Below are positions 1-11,800 of a stretch of DNA of 64,000 bases, piece after piece. The stretch is from Podarcis erhardii (Eukaryota). The DNA lies in assembly GCA_964252035.1 (NCBI GenBank), contig OZ176200.1, one strand, 5' to 3'. The first letter of the stretch is position 1. Every line of letters starts with the position of its first letter. Below the pieces are notes generated by a model. The model made no database searches and had not been told where the DNA came from. It saw only the letters and a program-made list of their open reading frames with translations. The translations under genes and the position numbers were made by a program.

Positions 1-1256
1 ATTGTTTCCTGACTGATTGTCTGCCAGGCACAGTGTATGTGGACCATTTGTGGACCACAGAGCAGCCTTAGGTCTTCTGATCAAGAGCTGAGAACCACGT
101 GGCCTCTGATTATTAAGAAGATGAATGTTTTCCTTCCAGAGGAAGGCCATACTGCCTAGGATACCTTATATGATCAAATACCTCTGGGTAGAGAAAGAAA
201 CACTGGCACTATCAATACTGAACCATATGGTTGATGGTCCGACTTGGCATAAAATAGTTGTCTGTGTCTTTGACTTGGAACTAATTTTTGCTGGCTGAGC
301 TCTAGAACATCCTGCCTTGGGGCTAATATTGTATTTTAATATTCTGTTGGAAGCCGCCCAGAATGGCTGGGGAAACCCAGCCAGATGGGTGGGGTATAAA
401 TAAATTATTATTATTTCCAACACCATAATTCTATGTTTCTACTGAATGGCATGAAGTGGAGTGCATTAGTTGTGCTTGACTGTTTAATTCAGTTGAAATG
501 AATGGGATTTATGGTTCATTGATTTCAATGGGACTTAAGCATCTCCCCCCCCCCCCGGATTGGTGCTGTATAATCAGTAGCACCATTTCAGTGAATGCCT
601 TTTATTTCACTTACCATCCTACACCTCAGACCACATTTCTTTTTCAGTTATAAAACAGCCCCATAAAGCAAATCCAATAAGAATAATTGCTGAATCTACC
701 TCCAGGTGTTAAGTGTACTTTAAGTCACACAAAAAATATGTAGAAGATTATATACCAGTGTAAAAAATTATTACAAGTTTAAATATTTATTATTGTGTGA
801 TATGTTACTGAATCCCTATCCCAATTAATATTCTCTTTATGACTTTATGACTTGGAGTGAGATTTCCTTTTCCATTAATAGAAGGGTTCCTTTCTTCTGC
901 AGAAGTTTCTCTGTTGCAATAGAGGATCCCGCTGACAGAAAATGTGAGAGATAATTTTTGTGGATTCCTCCTTCCCCTTGCATTCTCATGCCACAGGAGG
1001 GTTCCCCAAATTTGCCAGAGCAAATTTTCAGGGGGATGCAGGGTGAAGCAGCAAAATTTTCCTTTTCTCCCTTCTGTCAGCAGGAACACCCCATAATGAG
1101 CATTCAGCTCATGGATCTGCAGTACCAATTTTTTTTATTAAGGGAGTATTTAAATCATCAAACATTTATTGCAGACTCTTGTATCTCCCAGATCAACTTT
1201 CCTCAGCCTGGTATCCTCCAGATGTCTGAGGCTCTCAGTTCCCATCATCCCTGACC

Positions 1257-1430
1257 GACAGCCATACTGGTTGGAGCAGATGGAAATTGTAGTCCAAAAC
1301 ATCTGTAGAATAGCAGGAGAGGGAAGACTGCCCTTGATGGGGAACTTGTGGCCCTCCAGACTTTGCTAGATTTCAATTCCCATCAGTCCCAGCCACAATG
1401 GCTAATGTTCTAGAATGATGGGAGCTGTGA
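1257..1430. mobile_element. Degenerate fragments of the palindromic hAT-type MITE family
   Basis: Shares motifs (gatggaaattgtagtccaaaacatctg, gccctccaga, ttcccatcag) with the better-preserved copies at 11205, 54067 and 61028. Confidence 0.5.
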
Positions 1431-1583
1431 TTTTGCTTTTTTAGTACTAATGGAAAAGTGAACATCTGAGTCTGTCTATACATATTAAACACCAACCCAT
1501 ATATCTGAGATGTATTATGCCTTCAGTTTATATGCAGATATTCCCCAATATTCATGCACTGATTAAATGGGAAATTGTCAGTA

Positions 1584-1821
1584 CAGTGGTACCTTGGTAC
1601 TTGGTTCCCAAACAAATCGACTCCCAAACGCCGCAAACCTGAAAAGTGTACTGGGTTGCGAATGTTTTTCGGAAGCCTAACGTCCGATGTGACAGACAAG
1701 TGGCTTCCGATTGGCTCTTCTGATTGCAAGAGCCAATCAGACGCCGTGCTTGGAAATTGAACGTTTCGGAAGTTGAATATCCTTCTGGAATGGATTACGT
1801 TCAACTTCTGAGGTACCACTG
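1584..1821. mobile_element. Tc1/mariner(pogo)-type MITE
   Basis: Perfect 11-bp TIR CAGTGGTACCT (1584-1594) / AGGTACCACTG (1811-1821), flanked by TA on both sides. Confidence 0.85.
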
Positions 1822-2016
1822 TATAAACTGAATCCTAAAATAATGTCCACCCTTTGATTCAAGGTATATTTTAAAATATATGAATGTTTTAATCATCTTG
1901 CAGCATTACGAAGTGTTGTCCTAACATGATAATTGATTGATAGTATCTGGTAGATACAAGATGAATTTTTCAAGAAAGCATTTTAGTAAAATGTAAATAA
2001 TTTTTTCCCCATACAG

Positions 2017-5000
2017 AGATTTCTAGCTCTATTATTGTGTCTTCTGAGGAAGAAAGAACTGAGAGTTACACCAGCGGCCTACAATTATGTGATAGAGATA
2101 AAACACTTGAACTCATGCCTGAAAATCCAGTTTATTCTAGCAGTTTAGAGGTGAAAAGGGAGAAGAGCAATGTCCCAACCTTCCTCAAGCATGTGTCAAA
2201 TGTTGAAATAAGTTTAGGAGATTTAGCTAGACTTTCTGTTGTAGTTACTGGGGATCCAAAACCACAGATACAATGGTATTTCAATAGTGTTAAGCTGACA
2301 TCATCTGCAGACTATAAGTTTGTGTTTGATGATGAAAACTATAGCCTCATTATTCTCTCCACAACATTTGACCATGAAGGGGAATATACTTGCATTGCTA
2401 GTAATATCCATGGAGAGACAGCCTGCTCTGCTTATCTGAAGGTCAATCCTAAGGGAGATGAAAGGGAACTGGAGGCAGAATTCACTGCAGAAAAGACAGG
2501 AAGTCCTCAACCTCCATATTTTGTTAGGAAGCTAGACCCTGTTCAGTGTGCACAAGGTGCTCCTGCTGTGTTTGAGTACAAAGTGGCTGGGGATCCACCT
2601 CCAGAGATTCAGTGGTTTAGGGGAAACAACCAGATTTTCTCCTGTGCACGATACACTATCATTCATAACCGAGATGGTTCTGGGTCACTAATGGTGAATA
2701 ACTGCCAGGGGGCTGATGGTGGCTTATACATCTGTAAGGGAATCAACCTCATAGGTGAAGCCTCTAGCAGTGCAGAACTTCTTGTTCTCTTAGACGTGCC
2801 TGGGGAGGCTCCATATAAGGAAAAGAAGAGTAAACAGAAAACACACACCAAGTCATATAAAGAAACTGTAAGTGACGAGGCTACTGTCTCACGGATATAT
2901 GCCGTTAAACTGCCTGGTGATGATAGGCATGATGGGCAGCATGTGATGTATACAATTGGAACTGAAGATAGGCATTCACTACATAGTGAAGAGGTAGATG
3001 TTTTGCAGGTGGCCTCCTACTCAACAGCTACTGTACAGCAGGAAGCCCTTCTGACCCAACAAGTAGCCTTGCTTGAGTCCCACAAAGTTGGAGAAATTGC
3101 AGATCCATCTTCTCAGGCCAATGAAAAGGTGGCTTCTTCAGCTTTTACCACATGTGAGGTGAAGGAGCACCCCGGTTTCCTAGAGCAACACTCTGAACCA
3201 ATTCAAAGCCCACCAATAGTCGAATTGCCGGGTTCCTGGTGCCACCAAGTTTCTGACATCTGTTTACCTGTTGTGGAGGAAATAAACCAAGAAGACAAAG
3301 AAAAGGGGCTGCAAACCAAGCTTCCAGAAATGGCCAGGCCAACGTCAGCTATCGAGCAAACATCTCAGTTTGCCTCCATTCTGTCTGAGGAGAAATATGT
3401 GGTAAGCCCCGGTGAGTCTGCTGTATTCTCAGTCCCAGGACCTGAGGAAGTTATTGAAACCAGTGAGCCTAAACATGCAGTGTGTGTTCCTAGAATTGAG
3501 GGCATCCAAGAATTGTCCAAGGAAAGTTCTTTGGCAGACCACACACACAAGTGGGAGAATGTCACACCTGCTAAAGAACGAGGCAGCTTTTTTCAGTCTG
3601 TTGTAGCAGCAGAACAATGCAAGATAAGTGAAGCTCATGCTGAGGCAATCGATTATGCTGATTCACCTGCAGAAGTTCGTCCAACCCAAGAATCATCCAA
3701 CTTATTGCATGTGGCTACGATTGCCTCTGAACAGATGTTCCCCAAAGAGTCCGCCTTTGATGCAACCATTGCAGAGCAGCAGAAGGGCTCGCTGGAACAG
3801 GACAGGCTTGTCCAAACAGCTCTGGTTGCTGAAGAAAAGCAGCAGCTCTCTGATGAGCACACTGAGGACCTTCCCAGGTTAGACTGCATGATGGTAGCAG
3901 AAATCCAAAGAGAGGGTGAAAAGCCACTGCATTTGCCTGTTGTATATGGACAAGGCTTGCTTCCTAGAGAAGAGCATTTTAGTTCTGAGGTGCCCCTGGA
4001 AGATGAGGCGCTGTCTAGGAAAAGCCCATGTTTGCTACACTGCTTAGTAACAGAAGAACAAGTTTCCACGTCTTGTGAAGATGCTAAGCAGTTTCCTCCT
4101 CTGGCAGAGGCAGTTAGCATTCAGGTCACCCAGGAGCCCATTTCTGTGTTGCACCTCCAAACGAGCCAAACTGAGCAAGTGTTGCCTAAGGAAGGCATCT
4201 TGGCTGTACAAGAACCCGAACCCCAAAATGCTTTGCAGAAAGCTGAAATAATGCTCAAACGTGCTGTGGCGTCTGAGGAAAAAAACCAGATAGCTGCCGA
4301 GGCCCTAGAGGCTTTTCAGAGTGGCATTGCTGGAGAATACCCTGTGGCTATAGCAGAGCCTCAGCTTCGTAAGTGTCTGACCACTGTGGCTGAGGAGATG
4401 CTTCTGCCCAAAGAGGAAATCCTCCCCAAAGCAGGAAAAGAGCAGAAAGCTACCCTGAGGAAGGAAGACTTTCAAACAGTGATGCAGGTATCTGATGTGA
4501 CTGAAGAGAGGGTCTTGGAAGTAGGACGTGCTGAGCCATTTGAGGCTGTTCAGGCCATGAGTTGTGAGGTGGTGTCTGAGCCCAGGTTGCCTTCAGAATC
4601 CACCTGTGTTGAGGAGCAAGGTGTTCCGATAGAGAGCATCGGTCTCTTGGAAGCCACAGAGCAAGAATTTGCAGCCCGCATCCAAGAAGGTCAGTCAGTC
4701 AGGCTCCCATTGTTATTGGAGGAAAAACAGCCATTAAAGGAGGAGCACTTGGACAAGATCGCAAGGCCAGATGCTGAGAATGTAAAGGCCCAAAAGCAAC
4801 TGGGGCTGCTTATGGATGTGCCTGAAACATGGGAAAACAAAGTGCTTCAGAAAGAAGAAGAACTTGCAGCTGAGACTCCAGTATGTTGTAGCTTAGATAT
4901 GAAGGCTCAGATCAGAAGGGCCCTGAAAGTAGCTCTGACAAATGAACAGCACTTATTTCCATTGGATGCTTTCGGTGATATTGAGAGCGTTCAATTAAAG

Positions 5001-5880
5001 ACTGTAACAGTGATCAAAGAACCTCAACATGCAACATGCACTTGCCTTATAATCTTGGAAAGTTCCAATACTGCAGAAATAACTCTCTCTCTAGATGGAG
5101 TATATTCTCAGACAGCTGATTTCAAAAGCGAATTGCAAGCTGCTGTTCACTCCATTATTTATGACGAGAAACATGTTCTGACAGCAGAGGAACCCAGTGC
5201 CATAGCAGAACCTAAACACCACAAGTTGCTTACTTCTTGTTCACCTTCCAAACTAATGCAGTCTGCTACTGTAACTGAGACACCTGTTCAGCAACAATCT
5301 GTCAGTAATATTATTGGTTCACCTGAGCTACATCATGCTTACCTGAGTACTGAATCAGAAATACAGGAGGAGCAACTTGTGTCTATTCAAGAAGTCCAAA
5401 CTATTGCTCTCAGTGAGCACATTAAAGATGTAGGTACAACCACACTCACCCTTGATATTCCTGTAGCAGCAGCCCCAGTTGAGAGGTTAATAGATGCTCT
5501 AAAAGTGAAAGAGAGAAAGGAAGAACTTTTTGAGGAAAATGAAGAGGAGGCGCATGTAGTTAAGGCTAGCAAACAAGAAGACAGTCTAGGGAGCAGGGGT
5601 TGTCCCATCATGCGCCAAAGTTTTATAGACACTGTTGTTGAAGAAGGTGACAGCGTAAGTCTTACCTCCATTATAGAAAATGTTAAAGTGGTGAATTGGT
5701 ATTTTGGGGATAAGCTGGTATCTTCAGGAAATGAGTTCAAGTGCTTGCAAGACCATGACACATACACACTAGTAATCAACCAAGCATTCAAGGAAGTGCA
5801 TCAAGGAGAGTACACCTGTGAGGCTCTGAATGAAGGTGGAAAAACAACAGCAACAGCGAAACTCACAGTTGTAAAAAGAG
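2017..5880 (+). CDS. TTN: Titin N2B exon (Ig I24, I25, N2B unique sequence, I26; eq. human exon 49)
   Basis: Acceptor ttttttccccatacag|2017, donor AAGAG|gttgga at 5881; 3864 nt, phase 1-1. Two N-terminal Ig domains ([13 protein letters not shown]..., [13 protein letters not shown]...), a long acidic unique region, then Ig ...[11 protein letters not shown]. Confidence 0.95.
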
Positions 5881-8800
5881 GTTGGAATATGGGGATAAAA
5901 TATTGCTTTCCTATTTTCACTCATTTGCTAACTGAATAGAACACACATATATATATTTGTATCTCTAGTAGCATTTTGGATACAGATATAAGAAGTATAT
6001 AAACTTCAGCTGTGCACCACCAAACTAATCACAGATCCTCCACTTTTTGTTTCCTCTTTAGAACTTTTATTTCTTTAAATATATTTCTTATTCACACCTT
6101 TTATTTGCATTTTGCACTTTTTGGTACTGAAACAAAATTAAATTTTGTTTCATGAATGATGATTGTTAAATAAACTATTTGTAATGTCAGATTTTTAAAA
6201 AAAGAGTGCATGTCTTAGGAGCACTTTCATCCCCATATCCACAGAGCAACTTGGTTCACTTTTCCTTTTCATTGCTACAATAAAGATGCAATCCTGAACA
6301 CGCTGACTAGGGAGGAAGTCCCACTGAGCACTGAGCAGATGTGTATCTGAAGAAGTGTGCATGCACACGAAAGCTCATACCTAGAACTAACTCAGTTGGT
6401 CTTTAAGGTGCTACTGGAAGGAATTTTTTTATTTTGTTTTGACCACTGAGCACAGTGAGACTTGCTTCTGAGTAGACGTGCCAAGAGATTGCACAGCACG
6501 TTGTAGAAGTCATTGCACCATTTTAGCATAATGTCACACATTTCATGTTGAAAATGTTCTGGTACAACCTGGTATAATTTCATATATCATGTTGTTTGCA
6601 TGCCTTTAGTAGTAAGTAGCACATCAGAGTATCTTCAGAGTTCCATTATGCACTGCAATGTATGTAGCCCTCTGGTAGACTGAGCACTGCTTTCGGTTTG
6701 CTTTCACCTCTGACAACCATTTTTCTTTACAGCCACTTTCCTTGGATAGCTCATGAAACCACACATCTCATTTCTGTTGGTCACTTTATTAACAGTGTTT
6801 TGGAATGTACACTTATAAGCACCATACATGCTATTAGTATTACAATATCCACATGAACGTGGATGGTTGTAACCACATTATTCTTTGACTTTAAACTTCA
6901 GTTGGACCCATACTGAGGAGAAGGCTGGAATCCCAAGAAGTCGCTGTGAACCACCTTGCCAAGTTCACCTGCGAGATCGAGATGGCGCCAGACGTACGGT
7001 TTCAATGGTACAGAGCCGGTCGGGAAATCTATGATGGCGACAAGTATACCATACACACCGCTAATTATACATCCACTCTTCAAATCCCGAGACCGCAAGT
7101 AGTTGACTGTGGCGAATACAGCTGCAAAGCTTCCAATAAGTATGGCAGCGTAAGCAGCAAAGCAACCTTAACGGTAACTGGTAAGTGTGAGACATGAACC
7201 CTGTGCTGCTTCCTTGTTAGGTAACTGAATGTGTTCACCATTAGTATGTGGTAAAATGCATCTAGGGCCAATAAGAGACTAAGGATTTCCATTTCTGTGC
7301 ATATAGAAATAGAAGAAAATACCAGGTATTTGGCCCCCAGGTTCAACGTACATATCCAGGAGCAAAAAATATATTTTCATCGGAAGCTGAGTCAAAGAAC
7401 AGATTTGTAATTATTGTATATTGTTTCCGAACTCTTTTAAGCGTGGAGGAAAACTTACAAATAATAAAGGGAATACTCTAGTTCTTTTCAGATGTGCACC
7501 ATTTGGTACAAGCATACACACTACAAGCACCTCTCTCTAGTGATGGAAGAACTGCAGTTGGTGAAGGAGATTGTAGGCAAGAACTTCCACACTTAAAGCA
7601 TTTCACACTGGGGTCGGGAGGAGAGAAGAATGCAGCAATGGCATGGATTGTGCCCAGAGGCATTTGAAATGTTTTTTGATTCTGTCATATTCACCTATAA
7701 ACATTTGCTCTTAAATGTCTTAAGCTTCTCAAAAAGATTATAGTATTAACTGAGTCGTCTGATCATGATCTTGCTGATTTTATTTTATTTACTCTTTGAG
7801 ATTTATTTTATTTTGATTTTATTTACTCTTTGAGATCCATGCTTACAGACGTAGTGGGAGCCATCTTGAAATGAATAAAGGATACATAATGACATCGCTC
7901 TTTTAAAAAGATCTCCCTAGGCCTTTTTATTACTATAATAATTGCCTATACCTTTCATCTTACTGGAATCTGTATTACTGGTTAATTCATGACATGCACT
8001 TCAAATCCTCACATGTAAACCTAATTTCATGACTAAATAACTCTTGCTAGATGGCTTTTAAAACTGCTCTTTTAGATAACAAATAACTCTTGCTAGATGG
8101 CTTTTAGAACTGCTAGATCATCCTAATGATTTACTGGATGTATTGAGTCTTGGGAATCTTTACTGCACATTATTTCTAGGCAATTTAATGCGTGTATATG
8201 GAGACAGCGTTTCTGTCTCCTTTCTTTGGTGCTGGGGTGTGGGGGAAAGGTTGCTGTATTGGCCAAGTCCATGTCAACTTTCCCCCCTTTCTTTTGCAGA
8301 AGCGTTTCCTCCAACCTTTCTAACCAGACCCGAATCTATTACTACTTTTGTGGGTAAGAGTGCCAGGTTCCTCTGCACAGTGGCAGGCACCCCCGTAATC
8401 GACACAGTGTGGCAGAAAGATGGTGCCGCAATTTCTTCCACAGAACATTGCAAGATTTCAGCTTCTGAGAATAAGCACAGTTTAGAGATTCCACGCCTCA
8501 CCGTAAATGACAGGGGGGTATATACCTGCAAAGCCTCAAACAAATTTGGGGCAGACATCTGCCAGGCAGAAATAGCTGTCATTGATAAACCACGATTCGT
8601 CAAGGAACTGCAGTCTGTTCAGTCTGCAGTCAATAAGAAGATCCATCTTGAATGCCAAGTGGATGAAGACAGGAAAGTCACAGTATCCTGGAGCAAGGAT
8701 GGAACCCGAATACCTCCAGGCAAAGATTACAAGATTTGCTTTGAAGACAAGATAGCATCACTTGATATCCCTCTGTCTAAACTTAAAGATTCGGGAACAT

Positions 8801-11800
8801 ATGCATGCACTGCTGCAAATGAGGCTGGAAGTAGCTCTTCTTCGGCCACTGTAACAATCAGAGGTAAGGAAATTGTCGGCCTGCTAAACTTGGTGCCATT
8901 TATGTCCTCTTATTTATAGTAGTTGCGCTTCAAAGAGGAGCTGCCAGAGTCACTCCACGGGTTTAAGTGGGCCCTGGCCACGCCCCCACAGTGCCCTGAT
9001 TTGCCACCTGGCAAATGGCATGGCCGGGTCACCCTCAATGTGACGCAGGACGCTATCCTGCACCATGCTGAGGCAGGGGTGGGGCCTGGTGGCCTGAACG
9101 CAACCCGGTCCCACGCGGAACCGATTTGTTAGTTCCAAATAATGAAGAAGTGAGAGGTAACGTTGAGAAGGAAAAAGCTAATCATAGCACATTTCTCCAA
9201 GTGTGGTGTGGAGTTCCTTTGTAAAAAGAAAAGCTACAATCTTTTTCACTCGTCTTTGTGTCTTTACTAAAGCTTATTGTCTGATTTCCTTAAATGTGCA
9301 AACTTTATTCCAGTGTTGACTAAAACTGTCATTTATTTATTTTTCCGTCCTAGGTGATTCTTTAGAGAAGTCATGATTTACCATGATAAAAAGCAGAATT
9401 GAGAGCAATGGCAGGAACTGGAGTTTTGTCCTGGATAGATATCTGCATGCTTCTCAATAGCTTGTCTTTGTAATCGTCCTATCAAATCGATCTTCTTAAG
9501 GTGTTATATTTCAGGCTTCTTTCTTTCTGAACTTTTCTTCTAGAGCCACCATCGTTCCTGAAGAAAGTGGACCCCTCTTACTTGTTGACTCCTGGAGAGT
9601 CAGCACACCTTCAGTGCAAAATCAAAGGGTCTCCTGAGATCCAGGTGACATGGTACAAAAATAACAAAGAAATTAGAGAGAGCGACACACAGAGGATGTC
9701 TTTTGCCAATAACGTGGCTGTGCTAGATATTACCAATGTGAAAGTTGATGACAGTGGAAGTTACTCGTGTGAAGCAGCTAATGATGCTGGCAGTGACAGC
9801 TGTAGTACTGAGATTGTTGTCAAAGGTTTGTTCTTAAACCCAGGGATGCTTTCTTTTCAAGGTGCTCTGTTCTGTTGCAAGTGTACTATCGGTCACTAAT
9901 TCTTTATTCATGCTTTGATGATTTTATAGAGCCTCCTACTTTCATCAAAACTCTTGAGCCGGGCGACATAGTGAGAGGAATGAATGCCACTCTTCATTGT
10001 GAGGTTTCTGGTACTGGACCGTTTGAAATCAGTTGGTTCAAAGACAGGAAACAAATTCGCAGTAGTAAAAAATACAGGTTGACTTCCCAAAAGTCTCTTA
10101 TCTCTCTGGAGATTTCTTCATTTAATAGTGCAGATGTTGGTGAATACGAATGTTCCATAGCGAATGAAGTTGGAAAATGTGTTTGCAGTGCAACATATAT
10201 ACTTAAAGGTTAGTGAGCAAGTGAACAAACAAAACCTATTTTTAGCATAGTGCAAAAGGAGAAAATAACTCTTTCGTGGAAACCAATTTTTCTTTTTTAG
10301 TTGTCTCCTTTCCTTTCCTTCTCTTTCTGTGTCTTGTTACATCTTGGAATCTTTTCTTATATTCTTGAATGCAGGAATAAAAGCAGAGAACAGATTTCAT
10401 TGAAATTAATTCCCAAGCAAGAGGCTGTTTTACACAGTCAATTCAGTTCTCTTTTAAAGGTGACCTTGCCTTTCAAAACAATATGCAGATCAGAACACAG
10501 CCATCCTTTAAAATTCACACTTCTTTGAATTTTGCAATGCAGTGTTCCAACTGGGAAATGAACACTAAAATGAAAAATAGTTTTGGGAAATAGTGAATAT
10601 TGGGCAAAATAGCATTAAAAATGTGTGTAGTAGAAGAAATTCATACTAAACTGCTGATAAATTTTCACAAGAACTTCTTTTAAAAACTGCAAACTGATGT
10701 GGAAATGTGAGGACTCAATTTAAGACTTTTAAAAAAGAGGAACTGATAGGTTTGCCCATCCCTACACATGATATGTAAAGAGTTTATTGCTTCTGTCAGC
10801 TTGTGATACAAATATAAAACCTACCCAAGTCAGCATTCTAATTTGCAATGCTAATGCATCTTTTCATCTCCCATCCCCAACATTATCAGTACTCAAAGTT
10901 CCACCAAGTAATGAAAGAGGAGCCCAAAGGCAATTCATATGTTAAAAATGCTCTTAGCATTCCCACACACTTACTTAAGAGTAAGCCTCACTGAACTCAA
11001 TGGAACTTACCTCTGAGTAGGCACGCCTATGGTTGATCTGTTAGCCTTTCCTTTGATAAGTATAGTGTCATGAAATTAAGGAGTTTCCAACATAAAGCAT
11101 AGCCAAAAGGCAAAATCTCTACTCCTGACATCCTTCTGAGAAGCAAGCTTTGGTGCCCAGTAAAAGAATTCCTCTTTTACTCTTCCTAGTCCCCTCATTT
11201 ACACCAGTAGTGGGGAACCTGTGGTCCTCCAAGTGTTGCTGAACTACAATTCCCATCAGCCCCAGCCAGCATGGCCAATTTGTAGTTCATCAACATCTGG
11301 AGGACCAAAGGTTCTCCACTCCTGGTTTACATCAGTAATGGGGAACCTGCAGCCCTCCAGATGTTGTTGGACCCCATAATTCCTGACCATTGGCTAATGG
11401 GGTGGGAGTTGGAGTACAATATCTAGAGTGCCACAGGTTCCTCACCTCTACTTCACCTGGATTAATTTGCCTGCTGTCAAATGTAAGACATTTACTTATT
11501 GCTCAACAAATAATGGTCCCTCTGTCTCCAGATTGAAATGGTAGATTTCCCCCTAACATTCAGAGGTAGAAATCCATAAAAGACGTTGCCATTGTATCCA
11601 GAAGGCAATTTATTTTCTCTAAAAAGCCTTAAATGCAGCACCAAGCACCATATGATGCAATGATAGATAAGGGTTTTTCTTCCTTCCTTTCTTTTTCAAA
11701 TTAGAACCTCCCTCTTTCATTAAGAAAATCGAAGATGTTACTGCACTCGCTGGGGATGAAGTTTTCTTACAGGCAGCTGTGAGAGGCTCAGCTCCTATTT

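Noticed and set aside
166-1819. Short ORFs upstream of the N2B exon (e.g. 166-426, 805-1128, 958-1254, 1523-1819)
   Set aside because: No titin-like or other domain signal, and they overlap MITE fragments. I could not identify Novex-3 coding sequence here.
2037-5939. 1300-aa ORF as a stand-alone single-exon gene
   Set aside because: It begins at a GTG inside an exon that has a good acceptor at 2016 and a donor at 5881; it is the titin N2B exon.
7777-8114. Short direct repeats (ttttatttactctttgagat x2; aaataactcttgctagatggctttta x2)
   Set aside because: Small local tandem duplications in an AT-rich intron, with no conserved spacing or structure.
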